From the NCBI GenBank assembly GCA_001820875.1, contig MHRF01000010.1:3371-67370 (forward strand): a stretch of 64,000 nucleotides of DNA, in the 5' to 3' direction. Shown one piece after another: positions 57,150 through 64,000 of the stretch. Positions within the stretch are counted from its first letter, which is position 1. Each line of letters starts with the position of its first letter. This DNA is from Candidatus Taylorbacteria bacterium RIFCSPHIGHO2_01_FULL_46_22b (GTDB taxonomy: Bacteria > Patescibacteriota > Minisyncoccia > Phycocordibacterales > DSPV01). The notes beneath the pieces are model-generated. The model searched no databases and was not told the DNA's origin. It saw nothing but the letters and a program-made list of their open reading frames with translations. A program made the position numbers and the translations under genes.

Positions 57150-59675
57150 CTATTGGTTTTCAAACAAAAGACGGAGTCCAACCACAGCCTCGCTTTTATT
57201 AAATACCGAGTCGTACCCAACAACCTTCAGGGTGTTTATGTCGTTTACTTGCCCAATGGAGTTCGGGGTGAAAGTAATGCCAAACGGAGCGTGGCTGCTT
57301 GATCCGATAAACTGGTCGTTGAGGAAGAAATCCACTTTAGTGAGGGGATATTTCCCAAACCCAACAACTGAAACGTAGAGAGAAGAATTTACTTGGTATA
57401 AAGTGTTTTGGTCAATCCCACTTATGTTTAGTTGGGGAGATAGGGAAGGGGTGTGGATATCATCGGTCGCTGTTGGAATAACCGCAGGGGTTTCTGCCAC
57501 AAGATTTTGCTGTGCAACCCATTTTTGGACAGCGTATTCCCAGTATGGGAATTGAGAATCATTCTCTGGATGTTCTGGTGACGGACCCAGAGGGTTATTT
57601 TTGTCTACCCAATATAGTATTGAGTGTACATCTTGTACCACTTTCTCCACTCGAGTTTCCGGTGGGGTGAAAGAGGTAGCAAGTTTACCGGACATACGAT
57701 CGATTGTGTAAGCGATATTCCCCTGCCAAAGACCTCGTAGTACAGGTTTGAGGTTTGTCATGTCAGTTTCCTCGGGGCGTTCGAAACGTTCGTTTGGGGA
57801 AGAGCTTGCAAGTACGGTGTCCATAAATTCATGCCACAAGGGAGCGATAATAAACCCTGCAATTTTTTTCTCCATAGAACTGTTGTCATTGTTTCCTGCC
57901 CACGCACCAACCGCGACAGAAGGAGTGTACCCAACAATCCATGCATCTCGATAGTCATTTGTTGTGCCTGTTTTGACGGCGACCTCCCTTTCTGGGAAAT
58001 AGAGAAGTGAATGACTTCCAAATTCAGGAGCGCGTGCCTTTTCATCTGACAATATGTCGGATATCTCCAAAGTTACTTTTTTAGGGAGAATCGTTGTTGG
58101 GTGGGGATCATATTTTTCAAGCACATTACCATTTTGATCGGTAATTTCAATAATTGCTGTATGAGGATTACGCACTCCTCCGTTTGCCAAGGTCGCATAC
58201 GCACTGGTCATTTCAAGTAGGGTTACTTCGCCACCTCCGAGCACCAGAGTTAATCCATACTGATTTATATCGCCCAGTGTGGTGATGCCAAGATCGCGTG
58301 CGGTTTGGAGAGAGTCACGTATGCCTGCAAGGTACAGCACTTTAATAGCAATTATGTTTACCGACTGTGCCAATGCATTTCGAAGTGTCATCGGGCCTTC
58401 GTATCTGCCATCATAATTTTCAGGCATATAACACTTATCTTCATCAGACGAGTTTATTGGGGTTCCATCAGGGTTGCAGTAAGTTGAAAATTCGGTTCGC
58501 AGATTGAAGAGTGTTGTTTCTGGTGTGTAACCCTTTTTGAATGCGGTTGCATATACGAAGGGCTTAAAGGAAGACCCTGGCTGGCGTTTTGCGAGCGTCA
58601 CGTTGTAATTTCCATCTATTTCTTTGTCGAAGTAATTGCGCGAGCCAACCATAGACAATATCTGTCCGGTTTTTATATCAATCGCGATTAAACCAGCATT
58701 TTCTGCGTTGAATTTTTTTTCATTTTCTTCTGCATGCCGTCTGGCGATTTCTTCGGCTTTCTCCTGCATTTGATAATCCAATGTAGTGATAACCTTCATG
58801 CCCCCATCGCTGATAGCCCGAGGCCCATATTTTGATTCAAGATATTCTTTTACGTATAGCACAAAATGAGGGGCGTAGATCCCAGTTTGCGCTTGTGGTT
58901 TGAATGCGACTTTTTCTTGCTTTGCGGTGTCGTATTCTTCTTGGGTTATGAATTTATTTTCTAGCATCCGCGCCAAAACTAGGTTCTTTCTTTCCTCCAA
59001 TTTATCCAGATGGGTTCCGTACGGTGAATAATAAGTGGGGGCATTAGGTATTGCTGCTAGATACGCAGATTCGGCAAGGGTGACATCTGCTGCATTTTTA
59101 CCAAAATAACTTTGAGATGCTTCTTGTATCCCGTACATGTTTCCTCCATAAGGAGACTCATTCAAATATAGAGTGAGAATTTCTTCCTTGCTTATCAGCT
59201 GCTCTAATTTGACGGATAGCACCCACTCTTTCAATTTTCTTGAGATACTTTTTTCTTTCGTAAGGATGATGTTTTTTACTACTTGCTGGGTGATAGTCGA
59301 TCCTCCTTGGCTGAAAGAAAAGGTGCCGATGTTAGTGAGAACTGCGCGGATGAAAGACGATAATTTAATACCCTTATGTTGGTAAAATTCAGCATCTTCT
59401 ATCGCTACCGCTGCGTTTTTGATGTTCCGACTGATTTGATCAAAACTGACGATCGTCCTGCGGACATCTTGGTGTACGTCATAGAGAAGCACCTGTCCGG
59501 TGCGGTCAAAGATTTTTGTTGATTGGCTGATTTTGCGTTGCTCAAGCCCGCTCAAGTCAGGCATTTTGAAGCTTGATATCCAGAGGATAAATATTCCACT
59601 CAACACAAACCCAAGAGCTACAACAAGCATGAGGGTGTGGGTGAGAGGATGTGGACGTCTCTTTTTTCTGTGCAT
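57150..59675 (-). CDS. Bifunctional class A penicillin-binding protein (GT51 transglycosylase + transpeptidase)
   Basis: Start placed at MHRKKRRPHP…TM anchor. The 878-aa track ORF would overlap the divergent tyrS start. GT51 motifs (IEDAEFYQHKGI; GGSTITQQVVKN) and transpeptidase motifs (SGSSFKPF; SVN; KTGT). Confidence 0.88.
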   Translation of the reverse strand: MHRKKRRPHPLTHTLMLVVALGFVLSGIFILWISSFKMPDLSGLEQRKISQSTKIFDRTGQVLLYDVHQDVRRTIVSFDQISRNIKNAAVAIEDAEFYQHKGIKLSSFIRAVLTNIGTFSFSQGGSTITQQVVKNIILTKEKSISRKLKEWVLSVKLEQLISKEEILTLYLNESPYGGNMYGIQEASQSYFGKNAADVTLAESAYLAAIPNAPTYYSPYGTHLDKLEERKNLVLARMLENKFITQEEYDTAKQEKVAFKPQAQTGIYAPHFVLYVKEYLESKYGPRAISDGGMKVITTLDYQMQEKAEEIARRHAEENEKKFNAENAGLIAIDIKTGQILSMVGSRNYFDKEIDGNYNVTLAKRQPGSSFKPFVYATAFKKGYTPETTLFNLRTEFSTYCNPDGTPINSSDEDKCYMPENYDGRYEGPMTLRNALAQSVNIIAIKVLYLAGIRDSLQTARDLGITTLGDINQYGLTLVLGGGEVTLLEMTSAYATLANGGVRNPHTAIIEITDQNGNVLEKYDPHPTTILPKKVTLEISDILSDEKARAPEFGSHSLLYFPEREVAVKTGTTNDYRDAWIVGYTPSVAVGAWAGNNDNSSMEKKIAGFIIAPLWHEFMDTVLASSSPNERFERPEETDMTNLKPVLRGLWQGNIAYTIDRMSGKLATSFTPPETRVEKVVQDVHSILYWVDKNNPLGPSPEHPENDSQFPYWEYAVQKWVAQQNLVAETPAVIPTATDDIHTPSLSPQLNISGIDQNTLYQVNSSLYVSVVGFGKYPLTKVDFFLNDQFIGSSSHAPFGITFTPNSIGQVNDINTLKVVGYDSVFNKSEAVVGLRLLFENQ

Positions 59676-59751
59676 AATGAGGGTAACTTTGAATATACCA
59701 TATTTTTTCAGCAGAGAGGAAAACCAAATGGAAGTATGGTAAAGTAATTCT

Positions 59752-60972
59752 ATGTTTGGTTTTAAAAAACCCGTATCTAGAGACAAAGAAAAGGTGCGTG
59801 AGCTGTTAGAGCGTGGCGTCTCATCGGTTTATCCCTCAAAGGAACTCCTTGAACAGAGACTGCAAAGTGGCGAAAGACTTACCGTATATCTTGGTATTGA
59901 TCCAACAGGAAGCACTCTGCATTTGGGCCACGCTATTACGTTACGCAAGCTTTCACAATTTCAAGCACTCGGACACGAAGTAATTCTTTTGATTGGAGAT
60001 TTTACTGCAACGATAGGTGATCCGACCGACAAGACAGCGGCACGTGTTTCTCTAAGCACAAAAGAAGTTATTCAAAACGCGAGACTCTATAAACAACAGG
60101 CGGCGCACCTACTAGATTTTCATGGCGCAAACAAGGCGGTTCTCAAATACAACTCAAAATGGCTTGCGAAAATGTCGATGTCGGATTTGTCAAAATTGTT
60201 TTCCATGATTACCTACGCGCAAACAATCAAACGAGACATGTTCCAGAAGAGAATAGCAGATGACAAGGATTTATTCTTACACGAGTTTATGTACCCCGTT
60301 CTTCAAGGGTATGATTCGGTAGCAATGGATGTTGATGGGGAAGTTGGCGGGAATGATCAGGTGTTCAACATGCTTGTTGGGCGTGACCTCATGAAAAAAA
60401 TTAAAAATAAAGAAAAGTTTGTTTTAGCGACTAAATTGCTCACGGACTCTTCTGGAAAGAAGATGGGGAAAACGGAAGGGAATATGGTGGCTCTTAACGA
60501 AGATGCTGATCAAATGTTGGGGAAGATAATGAGTTGGGATGACGCACTGATTATTCTGGGGTTTGAGCTCTGTACCGGCGTGGCTCTCGGTGAAATTGCG
60601 GATTTAAAGAGAAAACTTGAACAAGGGATGAACCCACGAGATGCAAAACTACGTCTCGCAAAAGAGATCGTAGCTCTGTATCACGGTGCTTCTGTCGCAA
60701 ATACAGCCGAGGAAAATTTTGAAAAAACCTTCCGTAAAGGTGAAATGCCTATTGATGCTCCTCGCGCTTCTGTTGCAAAGGACTCTCTCTTGGTTGATGC
60801 ACTCCTGACTGCAGGTCTGGTTCCTTCTAAGAGCGAATTTAAACGATTGGTGGCTTCCGGTGCTCTCTCGCTTGTCGGTGGTGAAGCAATTACTGACGAG
60901 AGATTTGTCATACAACACTCAATCAATGTACGTGTGGGTAAACATCGGTTTATCGCCATTTTGGTACAGTAA
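59752..60972 (+). CDS. tyrS: Tyrosine--tRNA ligase
   Basis: 406 aa. HIGH motif (GIDPTGSTLHLGH), KMSKS motif (KMGKT) and C-terminal S4-like domain. Confidence 0.92.
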   Translation: MFGFKKPVSRDKEKVRELLERGVSSVYPSKELLEQRLQSGERLTVYLGIDPTGSTLHLGHAITLRKLSQFQALGHEVILLIGDFTATIGDPTDKTAARVSLSTKEVIQNARLYKQQAAHLLDFHGANKAVLKYNSKWLAKMSMSDLSKLFSMITYAQTIKRDMFQKRIADDKDLFLHEFMYPVLQGYDSVAMDVDGEVGGNDQVFNMLVGRDLMKKIKNKEKFVLATKLLTDSSGKKMGKTEGNMVALNEDADQMLGKIMSWDDALIILGFELCTGVALGEIADLKRKLEQGMNPRDAKLRLAKEIVALYHGASVANTAEENFEKTFRKGEMPIDAPRASVAKDSLLVDALLTAGLVPSKSEFKRLVASGALSLVGGEAITDERFVIQHSINVRVGKHRFIAILVQ

Positions 60973-60977
60973 CCTCT

Positions 60978-61475
60978 TTATACTCTCCGATATGTTGCAA
61001 GATGGGTAAGCGCAACGGCTATCGCATCATATTCATCATCAAGTCGTACGATTTTTGCAAACTTCAATAATTTTTGAACCATGGTTTGCACCTGCTGTTT
61101 GTCCGCTCCACCATACCCTGCAACCGCAATTTTTATATCACTCGGGTGGTATTCAAATACCGAGAGACCTGCAGCACTTGCGCAACTAGTCACCACCCCA
61201 CGCGCTTCTGCTACCGAGAGTGCGGTTTTTTTATTTTTACTGAAAAAGAGAGTTTCGACTGCAAGTGTTGATGGAGTGTACGTTTTGATAATCGCATCAA
61301 GATGCACTCTAATTTCCCCCAATCGCTCTGGTTTTTCCTTTTTTGAATCAGTCTCAAAACACTCGGAGAAGATAAGTTTTTCTTTCCCATCGATTTTTTC
61401 TATTACGGCGATGCCGAGTCTCCCGTATCCGGGGTCAATCCCGAGTACTCGGTAGGGACTCGGGTTATTCCGCAT
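60978..61475 (-). CDS. ruvC: Holliday junction resolvase RuvC
   Basis: RVLGIDPGYGRLGIAVIEK…(RNase-H-like fold). Start placed at M13 of the track ORF to limit overlap with yebC; the exact start is uncertain (could be 61511). Confidence 0.8.
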   Translation of the reverse strand: MRNNPSPYRVLGIDPGYGRLGIAVIEKIDGKEKLIFSECFETDSKKEKPERLGEIRVHLDAIIKTYTPSTLAVETLFFSKNKKTALSVAEARGVVTSCASAAGLSVFEYHPSDIKIAVAGYGGADKQQVQTMVQKLLKFAKIVRLDDEYDAIAVALTHLATYRRV

Positions 61476-61995
61476 TCGTGTAGACGGCTTGGACATCTTC
61501 ATGGTTCTCAAGTGCGTCTACTAGCTTTTCGAGGAGAACAACATCTTCGTCAGTAAGGGGGACAGTTGTTTCTGCGGTGAATCCTTCATGTGTCTTTTTG
61601 AACGCCCATGCGGCGCTCCCGATACTTGCAAGCGCTACTCCTTGTTCTGAAAGAAGGAATTTAATTTCCTGTGCCGCTTTGTTGCGGTTTCCGGTAAGCA
61701 CCTCGATCATCAGTGCGCATCCTCCGGGGCCATACGCCTCATACACGATAGTTTCCATGGCCCCAGCTCCGCCTCCGACTGCTTTCTGAATGGCGCGCTC
61801 GATATTGTCTGTTGGCATATTTTGCGCCCGCGCCCGTTCTATTGCCGATTTTAAGCCGGCTGCATCGCGATTGCCGTTTGCTTTACGTGCTTCATCAGTA
61901 ATGAGTTTTGCAAGTTTGCCAAACACCTGACTCTTTTTTGCATCAGTTTTCCCCTTCTGATGTTTTATTTGTGACCACTTGTTATGTCCCGACAT
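61465..61995 (-). CDS. yebC: YebC/PmpR-family transcriptional regulator (shortened)
   Basis: MSGHNKWSQIKHQKGKTDAKKSQVFGKL…TIVYEAYGPGGCALMIEVLTGNRNKAAQE…VQAVYTNAE. Only 176 aa; the middle domain is shortened by roughly 70 aa compared with typical ~245-aa YebC. Confidence 0.85.
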   Translation of the reverse strand: MSGHNKWSQIKHQKGKTDAKKSQVFGKLAKLITDEARKANGNRDAAGLKSAIERARAQNMPTDNIERAIQKAVGGGAGAMETIVYEAYGPGGCALMIEVLTGNRNKAAQEIKFLLSEQGVALASIGSAAWAFKKTHEGFTAETTVPLTDEDVVLLEKLVDALENHEDVQAVYTNAE

Positions 61996-61999
61996 GTTT

Positions 62000-63010
62000 T
62001 TATAGTAACGTATTTTTATTTTTCTTTCCTAAATGCTTATATGCCCGTTCCGTGGTTGCGCGGCCGCGAGGAGTCCGTTCCAGAAATCCGAGTTGGATGA
62101 GATAGGGTTCAGTATACTCTTCAATAGTAGCTTCTTCTTCGGCAAGTGCGGCCGCAATAGTGCCGAGTCCCACCGGCCCACCGTTAAATTTTGTGATAAT
62201 GGTGTCGAGAAGCTTGCGGTCGGTGTCGGCAAGACCTGCCTCATCAATGCCGAGAAGTTGCAGGGCTTCGGCAACAAGTTCCATCGCCAAATCTTTTCGT
62301 TTCATTTGAGCAAAGTCGCGACAGCGTTTCAGAAGGTAGTTTGCCGTGCGGGGGGTGAATCGGCTTCGTTTTGCAATTTCAGCAATTGCTTCAGCCGGTG
62401 CCTTGATGCCCAGAATAAGAGCTGACCGGCGGATAATCTCGCCGATTTCTTTCTCGGTGTAGAAATCAAGACGGAATACTCCGCCAGAAAAACGGCTGCG
62501 CAAGGGAGCCGACACGAGTGCAATGCGCGTAGTCGCGGCAATTAATGTAAATGGGGGAAGTTCAAGTTGAATGGTCCGCGCTGAAGGACCTTTGCCTAAA
62601 ATGATATTAAGTACGCCTGACTCCATGGCGGGGTAGAGGACCTCTTCAATCGACTTATTCAGCCGATGTATCTCATCAATGAACAAGATGTCGCCTGCGG
62701 TCAGATTGGTGATAATGGATGCGAGGTCTCCGACCTTCTCAATTGCAGGTCCGGAAGTTACTTTTATTTGCTTTCCCGTCTCATGGGCGATCAAATATGC
62801 GAGCGTGGTCTTACCAAGCCCTGGGGGGCCGTAAAAAAGAATGTGTTCTGGGGGGTGAGAACGCTCTTTGGCTGCTCCTAAGAGGATTTTCAAATTCTCT
62901 TTTATGTTTTCCTGTCCGATATACTCCTCCCAGCGCGTTGGGCGCAATGCTTGATCGAGAAAAGCATCTTCTTTTGCTAGCGGGGTGGTGTTAGGGGTGG
63001 TTCTTGACAT
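62000..63010 (-). CDS. ruvB: Holliday junction branch-migration ATPase RuvB
   Basis: 336 aa. Walker A LFYGPPGLGKTTLA, Walker B ILFIDEIHRL and a winged-helix C-terminus. Confidence 0.93.
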   Translation of the reverse strand: MSRTTPNTTPLAKEDAFLDQALRPTRWEEYIGQENIKENLKILLGAAKERSHPPEHILFYGPPGLGKTTLAYLIAHETGKQIKVTSGPAIEKVGDLASIITNLTAGDILFIDEIHRLNKSIEEVLYPAMESGVLNIILGKGPSARTIQLELPPFTLIAATTRIALVSAPLRSRFSGGVFRLDFYTEKEIGEIIRRSALILGIKAPAEAIAEIAKRSRFTPRTANYLLKRCRDFAQMKRKDLAMELVAEALQLLGIDEAGLADTDRKLLDTIITKFNGGPVGLGTIAAALAEEEATIEEYTEPYLIQLGFLERTPRGRATTERAYKHLGKKNKNTLL

Positions 63011-63130
63011 CTTTTATGTTTCGTGCTAAGCTTCTGTCAGCTTCGAAATTAGCGATATAGTTTATTTTTGTCTGACATATCACCGGTTTTCCGGTGTTTG
63101 ATTTGGTTCCTCTGTATATTCCAAGGCATA

Positions 63131-63274
63131 AATCTCTAAGCAATAGGGTGTCCCACCTTTTGACATCTCATCAAGGGCGTACTGGTCGTTTGCCTCGGCA
63201 AACGTACTGGAGCGTTCCTCGGACGATTTGCCTCGCTTTCGATACCTCGTTATCAAAAGCATTGCTTAGAGATT
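63131..63274. repeat. 14-bp perfect inverted repeat (aatctctaagcaat / attgcttagagatt) enclosing a 116-nt structured spacer
   Basis: Termini 63131-63144 and 63261-63274 are exact reverse complements. The interior has nested palindromes (ggtg-tcc-cacc; cgtttgcc-tc-ggcaaacg flanked by gtactgg direct repeats). Lies in the 373-bp ruvB-pilB intergenic gap. Confidence 0.35.
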
Positions 63275-63383
63275 TATACTTTGGAACTCTTCTCTCCTGA
63301 CTATAAATCTGTTGCGCAAGAAAGCAATAGTGTTTTGCACTGCATCACTCTAGGCTCTCTCTCGTCAACCGGTTCTTACGTCG

Positions 63384-64000
63384 TTACACTTCTGCTTGTA
63401 AGTCAATCACGCGTGACAATTCGTCAATTGAAGTGATTCCTTTTAGTATTTTTACTACACCATCTTGTTGCATATTCAATAATTTTTGATTGCGTGCCGC
63501 TTCCTGTATTTCACGCTCGCTTGGATTGTTAAGTACCGCTTTTTCGATACCCTTATCCATAACAATGGCTTCAAATATGCCGATTCTGCCGCGATATCCA
63601 GTCCCGTTGCATTTATCGCACCCCACCGCGGTATAGATTTTCTCGCGCGGTAGAGAAATATATTCAGTTTGCGACACGGATCTCATGACTGTGTCGACTA
63701 TTTTTCTGTCTGCAGGCGATAGGGGAATTTGTTTTTTGCATTGATCACATAATTTGCGGACGAGTCGTTGTGCCATGGCAACCGTCACGCTTGAACTCAA
63801 AACTTTGGGGTTTACTCCGAAAGATAAAAGTCGCGGGAAGGTACCTGCGGCGTTATTGGTGTGGAGTGTGGAGAACACCAAATGTCCGGTGAGTGCCGCG
63901 TTTATCGCGATATCGGCTGCCTCATTGTCGCGAATTTCACCGACCATAATGATGTCTGGGTCTTGCCGAAGTGCAGAGCGCAGGCCCTCGGTGAACGAGT
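63384..64000 (-). CDS. pilB: Type IV pilus / T2SS assembly ATPase PilB/GspE family (partial; N-terminus outside window)
   Basis: [40 protein letters not shown]…CDQC…[17 protein letters not shown]: His box and tetracysteine zinc motif of GspE/PilB. The reading frame stays open beyond the window end. Confidence 0.85.
   Translation of the reverse strand, partial: SFTEGLRSALRQDPDIIMVGEIRDNEAADIAINAALTGHLVFSTLHTNNAAGTFPRLLSFGVNPKVLSSSVTVAMAQRLVRKLCDQCKKQIPLSPADRKIVDTVMRSVSQTEYISLPREKIYTAVGCDKCNGTGYRGRIGIFEAIVMDKGIEKAVLNNPSEREIQEAARNQKLLNMQQDGVVKILKGITSIDELSRVIDLQAEV

Overview
This 64-kb window reads as a small, gene-dense chromosome of a reduced-genome monoderm bacterium, with about 45% GC and short intergenic regions. 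The gene content is consistent with Candidate Phyla Radiation (Patescibacteria), but that assignment is inference only. Everything below comes from reading the sequence and recalling motifs; no database search or folding program was run.

The window spans the replication origin neighbourhood. On the minus strand lie rpmH, rnpA, yidC and jag, diverging from dnaA and dnaN on the plus strand with an AT-rich gap between them, followed by a candidate dciA-like gene. Housekeeping genes fill most of the rest:
- nusA, a membrane proton-pumping pyrophosphatase (hppA), a trigger factor that lacks its PPIase domain, rsmE, clpP, rny, hup, rpsO and pnp;
- yifB/comM, uvrD/pcrA, ksgA, PBP1a, tyrS, ruvC, a shortened yebC, ruvB, a partial pilB/gspE, cca, xth, xerC, fcl, yraN, nth and a MutY-like glycosylase.

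Four tRNA genes are present: Gly(TCC), Pro(TGG), Gly(GCC) and Arg(TCG).

The most notable region is a roughly 13-kb co-directional operon at 39054-52310, immediately beside the ori-proximal genes. It looks like a Gram-positive-type type IV secretion or conjugation-like system:
- a large secreted protein, a VirB6/TrbL-like polytopic membrane protein with a long hydrophilic tail, a proline-rich repeat protein and a PrgI/VirB3-like protein;
- a VirB4-family ATPase whose reading frame is broken by a single in-frame TAA;
- further membrane and secreted proteins, including a VirB2-like candidate.

Inside this operon, a gene of the four-helix-bundle family (the 23S-rRNA intervening-sequence protein / DGR Avd family) sits in an IVS-like cassette marked by four copies of a 16-20-bp inverted-repeat motif.

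Other points of interest:
- The hppA 3' end is duplicated with mostly synonymous divergence, and the two copies are separated by a ~100-bp double-hairpin element. A second, inverted copy of that element lies at the left edge of the T4SS-like island.
- A riboflavin-kinase domain is fused to an EamA/DMT permease.
- A NYN-domain gene is inserted between rpsO and pnp.
- Degenerate 3'-half copies of tRNA-Pro lie beside the intact gene.
- There are pilin-like genes, GC-rich outlier genes, an orphan purS, and a 14-bp perfect inverted repeat enclosing 116 nt near ruvB.

No CRISPR array, rRNA or obvious transposase was seen.
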